A stretch of 57,273 nucleotides of DNA from Eledone cirrhosa (lineage: Eukaryota): assembly GCA_964016885.1 (NCBI GenBank), contig CAXHJY010000890.1, positions 1 through 57,273 on the forward strand, in the 5' to 3' direction. How positions within the stretch are numbered: the stretch's first letter is position 1; each line of letters begins with the position of its first letter. Of this stretch, positions 44,703 through 54,972 are shown in pieces. The notes beneath the pieces are model-generated. The model did not search any database and was not told where the DNA came from. It was given only the letters and a program-made list of their open reading frames with translations. The translations under genes were made by a program, and so were the position numbers.

Positions 44703-44730
44703 TTTCGTTGCACATCTGCAACATCGTCAG
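44703..44730 (-). ncRNA. Hammerhead core (CTGACGA-stem II-GAAA) in the PLE-3 pLTR; identical copy at 54671-54698
   Basis: CTGACGA-T-GTTGCA-GATG-TGCAAC-GAAA. Stems I and III could not be assigned convincingly by eye. Confidence 0.55.
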
Positions 44731-45004
44731 TGGTGTTATATTCATTGTTCCTCCTGTTGTGTTGTATGTCTACGCCATTTTTTTTTTGTTCAGTCTGTCT
44801 ATATATTTATTTATTTATTTGCTTGTTTGTTTATCTTATTTTATTTTGTCTTCTTTGCGCATGCGTTTGCGTGTGTGTATAGTGTTATGTGTGATGTGTG
44901 ACTAGTGTGTATAGTGTTGTGTCTGCTGGGTGACTAGTGTGTGTTTATGTGCTTGTGTATGTATTTATTTATCTTATTTTATTTAGTTTAATTTACTTAT
45001 TTAT

Positions 45005-47750
45005 TTATACTTCTCTTAGGTCAGTGTTGTTTGTTTGGGTGTTGTTGTTGTTCCACTCATTCTTTCTGTTTAGCTTTGGTCTTCTAATTTCTATTTCACT
45101 GGCCTCTCTGATTTGCCTATCTGCTGGGTCATTCCTATGTTTAGATATTATTCTAATTTCTATGTTGTCTATGTTACCGTCATGATGTTGTCTAGCATGT
45201 TCGTATAGTACTGACCCGTTTTTTCGTCCTTTTAGTTCCCCCCAGTGTTGGTCTATCCTTTCACCTATGCTACGAGCTGTCTCACCTATGTATGTTGTTG
45301 TCGTGTTTCTGCAAGTACCCTCTGTACATCTTATGCTATAGACTACGTTTCTAGTTTTACAGTTTATCCGGGGGTTCACCTTACATATGATACATTTCCT
45401 ATTGGTACAGTGGGTTTTCTTAAAAGGGTAGGTTTTGCTGATCAGGGATTTTATGGTGGTTCCTGGCTTTTCTACCACCTTTATTTTTAAGTGGGTCTTT
45501 CTCAGGGCCTTTCTACACTGGTTAGCTAATTTCCCTCCAGGGGTGGCGTCCACAAACATGACACTCTGATATCTCTGGTTGTCGTACCATGATGTGGCCT
45601 TCCCTATCTTATGTCTAGCCCTATCTAAGCTATTCCATGATTTGCTCCTGTATAGTGGGCAAATTCCTTTCATGTCCAGTTCTATGAGGGTCTTATACTT
45701 TTCCATGGCTCCTTCGTATACTCTGACTCTGTCTCTTTGGTTGTAGCCAGAGAACTGCATGCGGTTGATGAAGTGTTGGATGTGTCCTTCCATTTCTGTT
45801 GGGTCGCACATGCTGGACACATTCTTCATCACTCGTACCAAATCTGCGATCAGAATATTAAACTTAGCACTACTGGACATTGCTGAGTTTTTGAGTATCA
45901 GGTATTTGGAGGCCATGGGTTTAGCATAGTGTGAGTGGAGAATTTGGGCTCTCTCGTCTATAGTGTTAATCCAGAGTTCTGTGTCTAATACAGGTAGTCT
46001 ATTGTTAGGGTGTTTGGAAGGGAAGTCTATAGTTACAGTTATACTCTGGTGTATGGAATTAGCTATCTGCTGGATGCTTTCCATCGTGCTACGTTCTAAA
46101 TCAAACTTGTTAGTGCTCTCTAGTGGGGGTGTTCTTATAACTATATTGATATCGTCTACATAACGAGAGTACATGATGAGGTCTATGGAGCTTTCATTAA
46201 GGAGATCTTTAAGTCTCCTTTCCCACCATACCATGAAAAGATTGGCAACATCGCCAGCTATGCTGACGCCGATGGCTGCTCCCTCATTTTGGGTGTAGAT
46301 TTTCTCATTGAACTTAAATATGTGGCCCTTTAGGGTAGTTTTGATACTAGCCCCTATTGCATGTGCGACCATTTTTCTTACCTGATCAGTGTTTTGGGGG
46401 GTCCGTATAGCTTTGGTCCACCCAATCCACCTTCCTATGGGAGTCTTTTTAGCCATTGAGGTTATGGTGGGGGGTCTACCTCTTATAGGTCTACTAGGGC
46501 AGAAACATCTAAGGTCATGGCTGTCTAGGTAGTCAGTGTCGTAGGTAAGTCTAAGTAGGAGGCCCAGTTCGTCTGTGTCGACGTCGCAGAACTCCACCTC
46601 ACTCTCAATGATCATCTCCACACATCTTTTCACAGCAAAATCAATGTTAATGGATGGGTACAGTGACACCACATCCATGCTGCCTATTATGCAGTTGGAT
46701 AGGCTCCTGTTTTTGTTGCACTCACTGATTCTGCTGAGGAGGTCCTCTGTACTTTCACATACATCTGGGGACATCTTGATTATGGGGCGTATAACCATTG
46801 AGAGGAAGTAGGAGATCCTGTAGTTGCTAGCTATATTAGCTCCGCATACAGGTCTTGTTGGTGGTCCTATTGTCGGGTCGTCGACTGTCTTGTGGTCTTT
46901 GCGGAGCCCATACAAGGGTGGTATGCCATTGTTAGACGCCTGGAAGTTGTTGGCAGTGCGTCTGCTTGGCTTTAGGATGTCAGTCCACATCATCATGTGA
47001 GCGTTGAGGATTTTTTCTCTCCCATCGTGTGTTAGTTGTGCAACTTCGCTCGTGTTGGTGATGTGGGGTTGCATTGCCTCGATGTAGTTCGGCATGCTAT
47101 CTATTGACATCCTACCAGACTTATCTGTGGGTAGACACACTACCTCACCATCCCTTGTGCGCTGCTTGAGGCTAACCAAGCCTTCTACAGGTTTTATCCC
47201 AAGTTGTTGGGCCTCTGGTCTGCTCTGTCTCATAGTGTACCTGTCTACTACTTGTCTAATCTTATTTCTAGCTATGGTGAACTGTGCCTCCGTCTCGTCA
47301 TCTATTTGTGGTGGTATGCAAACTCTTTTATTAAAGGGTAGCCTCGTAGGATAGATATTACCCATCTTATATGTTTTGTCAGCTGGGTTGAAAAATAGTT
47401 TCTCTAAGGGGTTGTCGTTATTTCTATCGTCATAGTTGTGTGTGTTGCTATTATTGTTATCATGGTGGTTGTTGTTGTTTCTATCCTTAGCATTAATATT
47501 ATTATTGTTATGATTGCTAGATGTATTGTTGTTTACTTCACCGTTATTGTTGTTGTTGTTACTGCTATTTCTACCATTGTGGTTGTTACTATTATTATGT
47601 TTCTTGTTTTTGTTGATGTTGCTACATGTACTATTTCCATTATTACCACTGTGGTTATTGTTGTTGTTGTTGTTCGTATTGTTACCGTTATTACTACTGT
47701 GGTCACTGTTGCTGTGTCTGTGGTTAACGTTTCTATTATTATTATTATTG
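45005..47750 (-). CDS. PLE-3 ORF, C-terminal part (Asn-rich segment, RT, GIY-YIG)
   Basis: Frame open from 47749 to the stop at 45005. DKS, LYGLRKDHK, RPV, DVVSLYPS, GAAIG, RYVDD, PVLD, C-x4-C-x2-C linker, VVY..YIGET, LN. Confidence 0.93.
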
Positions 47751-47959
47751 ACGAAAGTGGATGTACGTTTTTTGAAGCTCCGTGAGTAAGCAATTTTTGA
47801 GGATTAATTGTAGAGAATTGTTTATTTTTTGTACCGCTGAAGCATTATAAGACATTAATTTGTATCCTGTGAAGGAATAACTCATAATATTTGGGCCTTT
47901 TGGCCCAAATATTTGAACTTTATTTTGAAAAAAAATAATAATTTTTTTCTCAAAAAAAC

Positions 47960-49870
47960 ATGGCGGAGCCACGCCCCCTAGAGGCGGGTCTGCTGTCGTG
48001 CAACGGCGACTTGAGCGTTGAGAGGAGAGGTGAGGCGAGGAGCGCCACCAGCACGAATGTGAGCAGCGACAGTGCCAGCACCAACGGGCCGAGCGGCGCG
48101 GAAGGTGGTAACAGCGACAACACCAACACCAACAAGCCGAACAGCGCAGAAGGTGGTAATAACGAGAGCACCAACAAAACGAACAGCACAGAGAGTAATA
48201 GTAGCGACAGCAGCAGCACCAACAAGGCCAACAGCACAGAAGGTAACCACGACACAGGGGAGAACAACAACAGCAATAGCAGCAGCAACACCAACAAGAA
48301 CAACAACAGTGACAACACCAACAAGAACACTTTCGCTGCTGTGGCAGCGGCTAAAAGGAGACCATGCTACAGCATCGACTTAACCAACAGAGAGGAAAAG
48401 TTGGCCCAGGCCTGGAAAATCATAAATCAAGAGCAGACCTGGGCAAACTTAACTGTCCCGGCAGAAGCCATTGAGGCAGTGGAAAAAAGAACGGTGCATT
48501 TCAGATGCATCTCAGTAGAGACAAAGAGGGCAGCGATAATCGCCCAAGCTGACATAGAAGCCGCACTGAAATACATCAGAGAGGACACAGACTTCATAGA
48601 GAGGGGCAGGCAATACGGCACCGTTTCGGTGCTGTTCAAGTCTGAAGCCCTCGCTGTGAAGCATTCAATGACCCCTTGCAAAACCAGCAAGGTCATAATG
48701 TACCCCTCCCACATGGGAAAACGAATAGCACGTGTGCGCATTCCCAGGATTCCACCAGGACTTGATATGTGGTGGCTCCTGGGTTGCGTAATCGTGGAAG
48801 GAACGGATACAGTCCCGGTAGAGGCAACGAGAACTGCCAGGGACGACTGGTCCGGGGTTGATCTGGAGATACTGCTCCAAATCAGACCCGAAAACGTAAA
48901 AACAATCCCGGACCACATCCGCCTCCAAAACGGGAGGGTGTTGCATATAATGACTGAGGGCAAAAGGCCGCATTGTTTCCTTTGTGGGGAAACGACACAC
49001 TTGCGAGCCTTCTGCCCTCAACTGCCGAAAAGCGCAAGGGGTCGAAAGATTCCACTGCTGGCGACGCCGGGACAAGGACCACCAGCAACACCGTCAACAA
49101 TAGAACCACCAAAATTGCACACCCAGGGGGGAAACGAGGAAAGCTCTCCCATTCCCCCTCCCCCCCAAAATACACACACGAACAAGAACATAAACACTCA
49201 CTCAGACACAAACACGCTCACAGCCACAGACCCCTCATCCTCCAGCAGTGAAGATGAGGGAAAACCAAAGTCCCCCAAAATACAAAAAACAAAACACAAA
49301 AAAAAAAGAAATCCACAAAGCACAAACACCCCCACAAAAAAAAATACACACACCACCCACACAAACATTTTCCCCACAGCATCACCAACACAACCACCAA
49401 AATCCCCCAAACGCAAACAAGCTAAACAGACACAAGAACAAATAGACACACAAACATCAGAAACTACAGACACCCCACCCACAACAAACGCAGACACAAT
49501 AGAAACAACACTAACAAAGCTATCACCACCACAATCACACGAACAAATAAAACCCGAGCAACAAAACATTAAAAACTTCGTGCTTGCCAGAAGGGCCAAC
49601 AAGGAATTGATGGCCCATGTAGCACGAAGCACAAACATCGAAAAAGACGGGGAAACATTTGAAGCGAGCACATTTCGCGTACCAGATAATTTGCTTCTGA
49701 TGCGAATGTCGCTCGCTTCATACAAAGAAATTCGAAAGAGCTTTCCTCGGGATGTGGGAACCCCGAACGTAAAACCCACGTCAAGACTATTAAAGGGGTT
49801 CCCAAAAGAAACCCCACAAACCATGGAGGTCGAACCACCCGACCTTCACAAGACCCCGGAAGGTAAGTAA
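47960..49870 (+). CDS. Tx1 ORF1 (gag-like nucleic-acid-binding protein, CCHC knuckle), 636 aa
   Basis: CFLCGETTHLRAFC knuckle, N/S/T-rich N-terminal repeats, homologous to copy B ORF1. Confidence 0.92.
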   Translation: MAEPRPLEAGLLSCNGDLSVERRGEARSATSTNVSSDSASTNGPSGAEGGNSDNTNTNKPNSAEGGNNESTNKTNSTESNSSDSSSTNKANSTEGNHDTGENNNSNSSSNTNKNNNSDNTNKNTFAAVAAAKRRPCYSIDLTNREEKLAQAWKIINQEQTWANLTVPAEAIEAVEKRTVHFRCISVETKRAAIIAQADIEAALKYIREDTDFIERGRQYGTVSVLFKSEALAVKHSMTPCKTSKVIMYPSHMGKRIARVRIPRIPPGLDMWWLLGCVIVEGTDTVPVEATRTARDDWSGVDLEILLQIRPENVKTIPDHIRLQNGRVLHIMTEGKRPHCFLCGETTHLRAFCPQLPKSARGRKIPLLATPGQGPPATPSTIEPPKLHTQGGNEESSPIPPPPQNTHTNKNINTHSDTNTLTATDPSSSSSEDEGKPKSPKIQKTKHKKKRNPQSTNTPTKKNTHTTHTNIFPTASPTQPPKSPKRKQAKQTQEQIDTQTSETTDTPPTTNADTIETTLTKLSPPQSHEQIKPEQQNIKNFVLARRANKELMAHVARSTNIEKDGETFEASTFRVPDNLLLMRMSLASYKEIRKSFPRDVGTPNVKPTSRLLKGFPKETPQTMEVEPPDLHKTPEGK

Positions 49871-49899
49871 ACCTTTCCTCTCCCATTCATCCTGCCAGC

Positions 49900-52800
49900 A
49901 TGGCCATAAGAGTAGGAAGTTTAAATGTTCGTGGCCTGGGGTCGCCCTGGAAGCAAGGTCACTTGCTCAACGACCTCAGGTCACTAGGAATGGATGTAAT
50001 TGCCATCAGCGAGACCAGAATTTCCGACACACGCGCACTGGCGCCGATTTTCGACGATTATCAGATCTTTGCATCTGTTAGTCGGCCGGGAATGGGAGGT
50101 GGAGTGGCTGTGCTGTTTAGGAAATGTCTGGATCTCGAGGTAAGGTCAATCTTCCGGGATCCTGACGGAAAGTTGGTGGTCCTGGACGTGAGCAATAGCG
50201 AAGGTGGTGCCTTTAGACTGGTGGCCGTCTACGCCCCTACTGGGGCCGGTCGGCCGGACTTCTTTAGGCGCCTGGAAAACTTTCTGCTTACGTCTCGCCC
50301 TTTACTGTTAATAGGGGATTGGAATGGCATCTTAGAAGCACGCTGGGATTGTGTGGGAGTATCTGATAGGAGCGGGGGGTGCAAAAGCCTCAAGTACCTG
50401 ATCAGCCAGTTTCAACTGTCTGACAGGTACCGACTAGATTTCCCTAATGCGCCAGTATGGACCTGGACCAATCGCATAGGGTCATCTAGATCGTACATAG
50501 ATAGGATTTTCATTAGGAAAAGAGATAGAAATAGTGTAGGATGTCCACATTTTAAAACGGTTGCCTATTCAGATCACAAGCTTGTGATCTGTATGGTCGA
50601 CCTAGATAAGACACGTAGGTTAGGACCTAGCTACTGGAAGCTAAACATGTCGTTTCCGGCACGTAAAGCTTACAGGGACCGGGTCAACAACTTAGTTAAG
50701 CAAAAGTTGACAGGGGGGGTTGTCAACAACAGGTGGTGGGGGGCACTCAAAAGAGAGATTAGAGCAACCTCGATAGGATTTAGCAAAGAAGTAGCAATAG
50801 AGAAAAATAGAAAGGAGGAGGGGCTGATAGCTAAGTTAGACGAGGCTATTTGTAGTGGCATTGCAACAGACGTGCTAGCGGCGAGAATGGCACTAGACCA
50901 TTTCTTCAATGCGAAACACGAAGGTTGCATTGTCAGAGCTAAGGCGCGTGCTCTGAGGAACGAGGGAACCAAAGCTGCCCGATGGGCTCGCTTTGCAGAG
51001 ACGCAGCGTGGAAATAAAACCACAATTCGGTCTTTGACGGATCGAGATGGACACGAACTGAGCGATTCCAAGCAGATGTGTGAGGCCTTTCGCCAGCACT
51101 TTGCTCGATTGTTCGGGAGGATGGGTGAGTCGGAGACGGCGGCGGACTTCAGTCCCTACCTCGACGGCTTGCCACGCCTCTCGACGGCCGACGCTGAGCG
51201 CTGCGAAGAGCCGATAACATCAGCCGAAATTCAGGACGCCCTTGTCGGCTGCTCGAGTCGCAAGTCACCCGGTTTGGATGGTCTGCCCTACGAGCTTTAC
51301 GTAAATATGCCAGACTTGTTCTCCGATCTCCTCGAAGCGCTCTACTGCAACTGGCAGCAGAACGGGAGCATTCCCAGTTCTGTGAGCCGTGGCGTAGTGA
51401 CGCTGATAAGGAAAGACGAGAACAAGAGGGACACACTAGATAATTTCAGGCCCATAACCCTGCTCAACACAGAGTTTAAGATTTTGGCCAAGGTGTTAGC
51501 GAAAAGGTTGGCGCTTGTCGTCAAAGATTTGGTTGGGGAGGCGCAAACTTGCGCAATCCCGACCAGGTCCATACACGACAACCTCCACCTCATGCGATAC
51601 ATCATAGAGAGGGTTGGGTGCAAACCTGGCTTCGGTGGGGCTCTGATCAATTTAGATCAATCGAAAGCATTCGATAGGGTCGACCATCGGTACTTGGAGG
51701 CTGTCCTCGAGGCGGCTGGCTTCGGCCCCGTCTTCAGAAGCTGGATCGCTGCAATGTACAGCGGCATCCGCTCGGTGGTCAAAGTTAATGGCCACCTCTC
51801 GGAACCGTTTCAGATCTCTCGATCGGTCCGTCAAGGGTGCCCTCTCTCCTCACTTCTGTACGTATTGACTCTTGAGCCTCTACTGCGGAAGCTGGAGTTG
51901 TTGCAGGGCATCCCGCTCGAACCGGGACGTAGAAAGGCTGCGTCCGCTTATGCGGACGACATCACCGTGATGGTGTCGGACACCTCGGAAATCGAGGTGA
52001 TCCGCACCCATTTGGAGGAATATGAAAGGTTGACGGGAGCAAAACTTAACCCGGAAAAGTCGGTGGGCTTGCAGCTCGGCACCTGGAGAGGCAAGTCCAT
52101 GCCGTCCAACAGCGTCGTTGGGCGCTGGACAGACGGACCGGTAAAGTTGCTCGGGGTTTGGTTCGGACCAGACCTCCAGGTGGATAAGAATTGGGACGAG
52201 GTGACGAGCAGGATAGCCAACCTCACCCAGAAATGGGCTGAGAGAAAGCTATCACTGAAAGGGCGGGCGGAGGTGGCGAACGCGTACATCGCGTCCGTCA
52301 TCTACTACCGCCTGACCGTCGTGCCTTGCCCCCGTCCACGCCTCGCCAATTTGGAACGGCTCCTTTTCAAATTTTTGTGGAGGGGACGGGTCCCGTTGGT
52401 GAGGCGGTCCATCTGCTGCCAGCACCCTCTTCGTGGAGGGCTGGGCATGCCGTGGCTAATGATGCGCAGACATGCGCTGAGGCTGCGACATCTCCAGATA
52501 TTTTGCCTAAACGGTGAACAGGTGTGGTCGCCGTTTGTTAGACGGGCCTTTCCGCAGCTCATCTCTTTGACTGAGCTGCAGTCCTGGGTCAAGAAGAGAC
52601 CGAGACTGGGCGACTGGCATCTGGAATGTTGCCAGGCGCTCACTGCACTCTGCAAGGTGGGCAATGCGGTCAGTGGAACTTCCACTCAAGATTTCTATAG
52701 AGGATTAGTGGAGGGCAAGTGCGATGACGTACTAGGAGAGGCTCTGGGCGTCAACGAAGTAGAACTGACCAGTATGTTCCGGAGGACTTTCGAGCCGGGG

Positions 52801-53319
52801 ACGATGGATAACTTCCAGAAATCCCTCGCTTGGCAGTGCTACCGGGGGGCGCTGCCGGTTCGGGATAAACTCTACAGGCACGGAAGTGCTGTCAGACGAA
52901 CCTGCCCGAGATGCGCGCAGAGCGACGAAACCGTTCTGCACGCACTCGTCCAGTGTCCGTGCATTGCTGACTTGTGGGGTTATGTCGAACAGCTATTGTC
53001 GCGTGTAGAACGGATCCGGCTATCGTCCGAGTCCATAGTGAAGATTGACCCGCCGCCTTCTTTTGGTCAGGAAGGGCAGGCAATTTTCCTCTGCCTGGTG
53101 GCAGTAGCGAAAGAGGTTGCATGGTGGACCAGGTTGAAAGGACTGAAGACAGACACTTTTCTCTTCGGCCAATCCCTCATCAACTTCTTCAAGTTTCACT
53201 TGGAAAGGAAGGTGAGGGTGGAGAGAGAAGTGCTGCCCCCCAGTACATTTACTGAAAGGTGGGTGAATGTGGCGAGAATGGCCCGCGTGAGTGGGCCTAC
53301 TCTGATCATGCGCCTGTAG
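49900..53319 (+). CDS. Tx1 ORF2 (APE endonuclease, reverse transcriptase, C-terminal zinc finger), 1139 aa, intact
   Basis: LNVRGL, ISET, GDWN, YIDR, SDH; SPGLDG, FRPITLLN, KAFDRV, QGCPLS, YADD; CPRC...H...C. Confidence 0.96.
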   Translation: MAIRVGSLNVRGLGSPWKQGHLLNDLRSLGMDVIAISETRISDTRALAPIFDDYQIFASVSRPGMGGGVAVLFRKCLDLEVRSIFRDPDGKLVVLDVSNSEGGAFRLVAVYAPTGAGRPDFFRRLENFLLTSRPLLLIGDWNGILEARWDCVGVSDRSGGCKSLKYLISQFQLSDRYRLDFPNAPVWTWTNRIGSSRSYIDRIFIRKRDRNSVGCPHFKTVAYSDHKLVICMVDLDKTRRLGPSYWKLNMSFPARKAYRDRVNNLVKQKLTGGVVNNRWWGALKREIRATSIGFSKEVAIEKNRKEEGLIAKLDEAICSGIATDVLAARMALDHFFNAKHEGCIVRAKARALRNEGTKAARWARFAETQRGNKTTIRSLTDRDGHELSDSKQMCEAFRQHFARLFGRMGESETAADFSPYLDGLPRLSTADAERCEEPITSAEIQDALVGCSSRKSPGLDGLPYELYVNMPDLFSDLLEALYCNWQQNGSIPSSVSRGVVTLIRKDENKRDTLDNFRPITLLNTEFKILAKVLAKRLALVVKDLVGEAQTCAIPTRSIHDNLHLMRYIIERVGCKPGFGGALINLDQSKAFDRVDHRYLEAVLEAAGFGPVFRSWIAAMYSGIRSVVKVNGHLSEPFQISRSVRQGCPLSSLLYVLTLEPLLRKLELLQGIPLEPGRRKAASAYADDITVMVSDTSEIEVIRTHLEEYERLTGAKLNPEKSVGLQLGTWRGKSMPSNSVVGRWTDGPVKLLGVWFGPDLQVDKNWDEVTSRIANLTQKWAERKLSLKGRAEVANAYIASVIYYRLTVVPCPRPRLANLERLLFKFLWRGRVPLVRRSICCQHPLRGGLGMPWLMMRRHALRLRHLQIFCLNGEQVWSPFVRRAFPQLISLTELQSWVKKRPRLGDWHLECCQALTALCKVGNAVSGTSTQDFYRGLVEGKCDDVLGEALGVNEVELTSMFRRTFEPGTMDNFQKSLAWQCYRGALPVRDKLYRHGSAVRRTCPRCAQSDETVLHALVQCPCIADLWGYVEQLLSRVERIRLSSESIVKIDPPPSFGQEGQAIFLCLVAVAKEVAWWTRLKGLKTDTFLFGQSLINFFKFHLERKVRVEREVLPPSTFTERWVNVARMARVSGPTLIMRL

Positions 53320-53588
53320 GCTGGTGAATTCGAGAAGGAGAGGGGTGCCCTTCCCGGGTGCCCTAGGAGCGTCGGGTGGCTCAGGACTGGTGGGGTGCTT
53401 GAGTCAACCCTGGGTGGTGATCCCTCTTATTGGGGAACTTTCATTGTTGTATTTTTATTGTTATTTTGTTTTTTTGTTATTTATACTTACTCGATCTCTA
53501 TGTAAACCCCCACTGTCCCTGTCTATTGTGTTGTCCCCTATATGTCGGCCCTTGTGGCCAATAAATGAAATCATTATTATTATTATTG

Positions 53589-54475
53589 TGGTTGTTGTTG
53601 TTCTGTCTATCGCTAGTATTATTACCATTATCACTATTTCTCACTTTCCTGCCATTGTTATGGTTATGGCTGTTATTTCTATACCCAGAGTTATTGTTTA
53701 TATTACTACTACCGTTATTATTGTTGTTGTTGTTTACCTTTGCATTCCAACGTATTTTTGGGAAACACTTTTCCAGCTCCGTTTTGCATTCCATAGGATT
53801 AATCTTTTTGTAGATGGCAAATTTTGGTGGTAACTTTAGGATTTGTTGTTCTTGTTCACTGATTAAAGTGTTCCCATAGATATTTACTGTGTGGTCATTG
53901 GTAAATTCTTCCGGTAGTTTTACATCACTCATACGGATGTTGTCGATGTTATCTGGGTATTTTTGAGAATATTCGATTTTCCTTTCTTGTAGTTTTTTCT
54001 TATTCATCCATTCTAATTTCTTCTTGAAATGCCTACAGCATTCGTTTTGAGCATATTTCGTTTCGCGTCGGATGACGCTCATGAAGTCATCTCTCTCGTT
54101 TGCTGTGATGAGATTTCGGATTTCCTTACCGTTGATGCGTTTTTGTCTGTAGAGTGCGTTGACTTTTGTGTATGTTGTTCTTTTCATATTAACTGTTATT
54201 GTGTGTTTTAGCCGTTCAGCTTGTGTTTTGTTCAATAATAAATTATTTACTTGTTTTGATATGTTTGTTGTGTATGTTTTGGAGGAAACACAGTGTTTTA
54301 AGAAGCGGATTTGTTCTGTTGTTATTGTAGTTTTTATATAACAGAAAACAGTGTCTTTCAATAACCTTTCAGCTTGGCACAAGCTAATGCCATAGCGGCG
54401 ATGAATTAGTTTTGCGAGGTTTTTTATATGAAATCGTGTGTCGAAACAGATATTGTTATATTTGGGGAGGGTCAT
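53589..54475 (-). CDS. PLE-3 ORF, N-terminal part
   Basis: MTLPKY...IRFLKHC...EQQILKLPPKFA (PLE N-terminal-like motif) running into an Asn-rich tract; in frame with 47749-45005 once Tx1 is removed. Confidence 0.88.
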
Positions 54476-54972
54476 ATTTGCGTAATATTGCCAGAATTAA
54501 TAACAGAACACACTCACTGTTTGGTTGGTTTTCGCTTCTCGCTGTCTTTTATATATATATATCTGCGATCTAACTTACTCGGTCCTCAATGTTGCCATTG
54601 ACTGACCGGCGGTCAAAAATAATACAGATACAATATAGACAAACACATATATATATAGTTTACATAAATCTTTCGTTGCACATCTGCAACATCGTCAGTG
54701 GTGTTATATTCATTGTTCCTCCTGTTGTGTTGTATGTCTACGCCATTTTTTTTTTGTTCAGTCTGTCTATATATTTATTTATTTATTTGCTTGTTTGTTT
54801 ATCTTATTTTATTTTGTCTTCTTTGCGCATGCGTTTGCGTGTGTGTATAGTGTTATGTGTGATGTGTGACTAGTGTGTATAGTGTTGTGTCTGCTGGGTG
54901 ACTAGTGTGTGTTTATGTGCTTGTGTATGTATTTATTTATCTTATTTTATTTAGTTTAATTTACTTATTTAT

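Larger units (their letters stand above)
47751..53572 (+). mobile_element. Intact full-length Tx1-clade LINE (copy C) with 16-bp TSD ATTATTATTATTATTG
   Basis: TSD at 47735-47750 and 53573-53588. 5' UTR, intact ORF1 and ORF2, 3' UTR with AATAAA. Confidence 0.96.

Noticed and set aside
49863-49898. 36-nt intron fusing ORF1 to ORF2
   Set aside because: Splicing gives G|CA TGG CCA TAA, out of frame with ORF2, and the intron would be very short.
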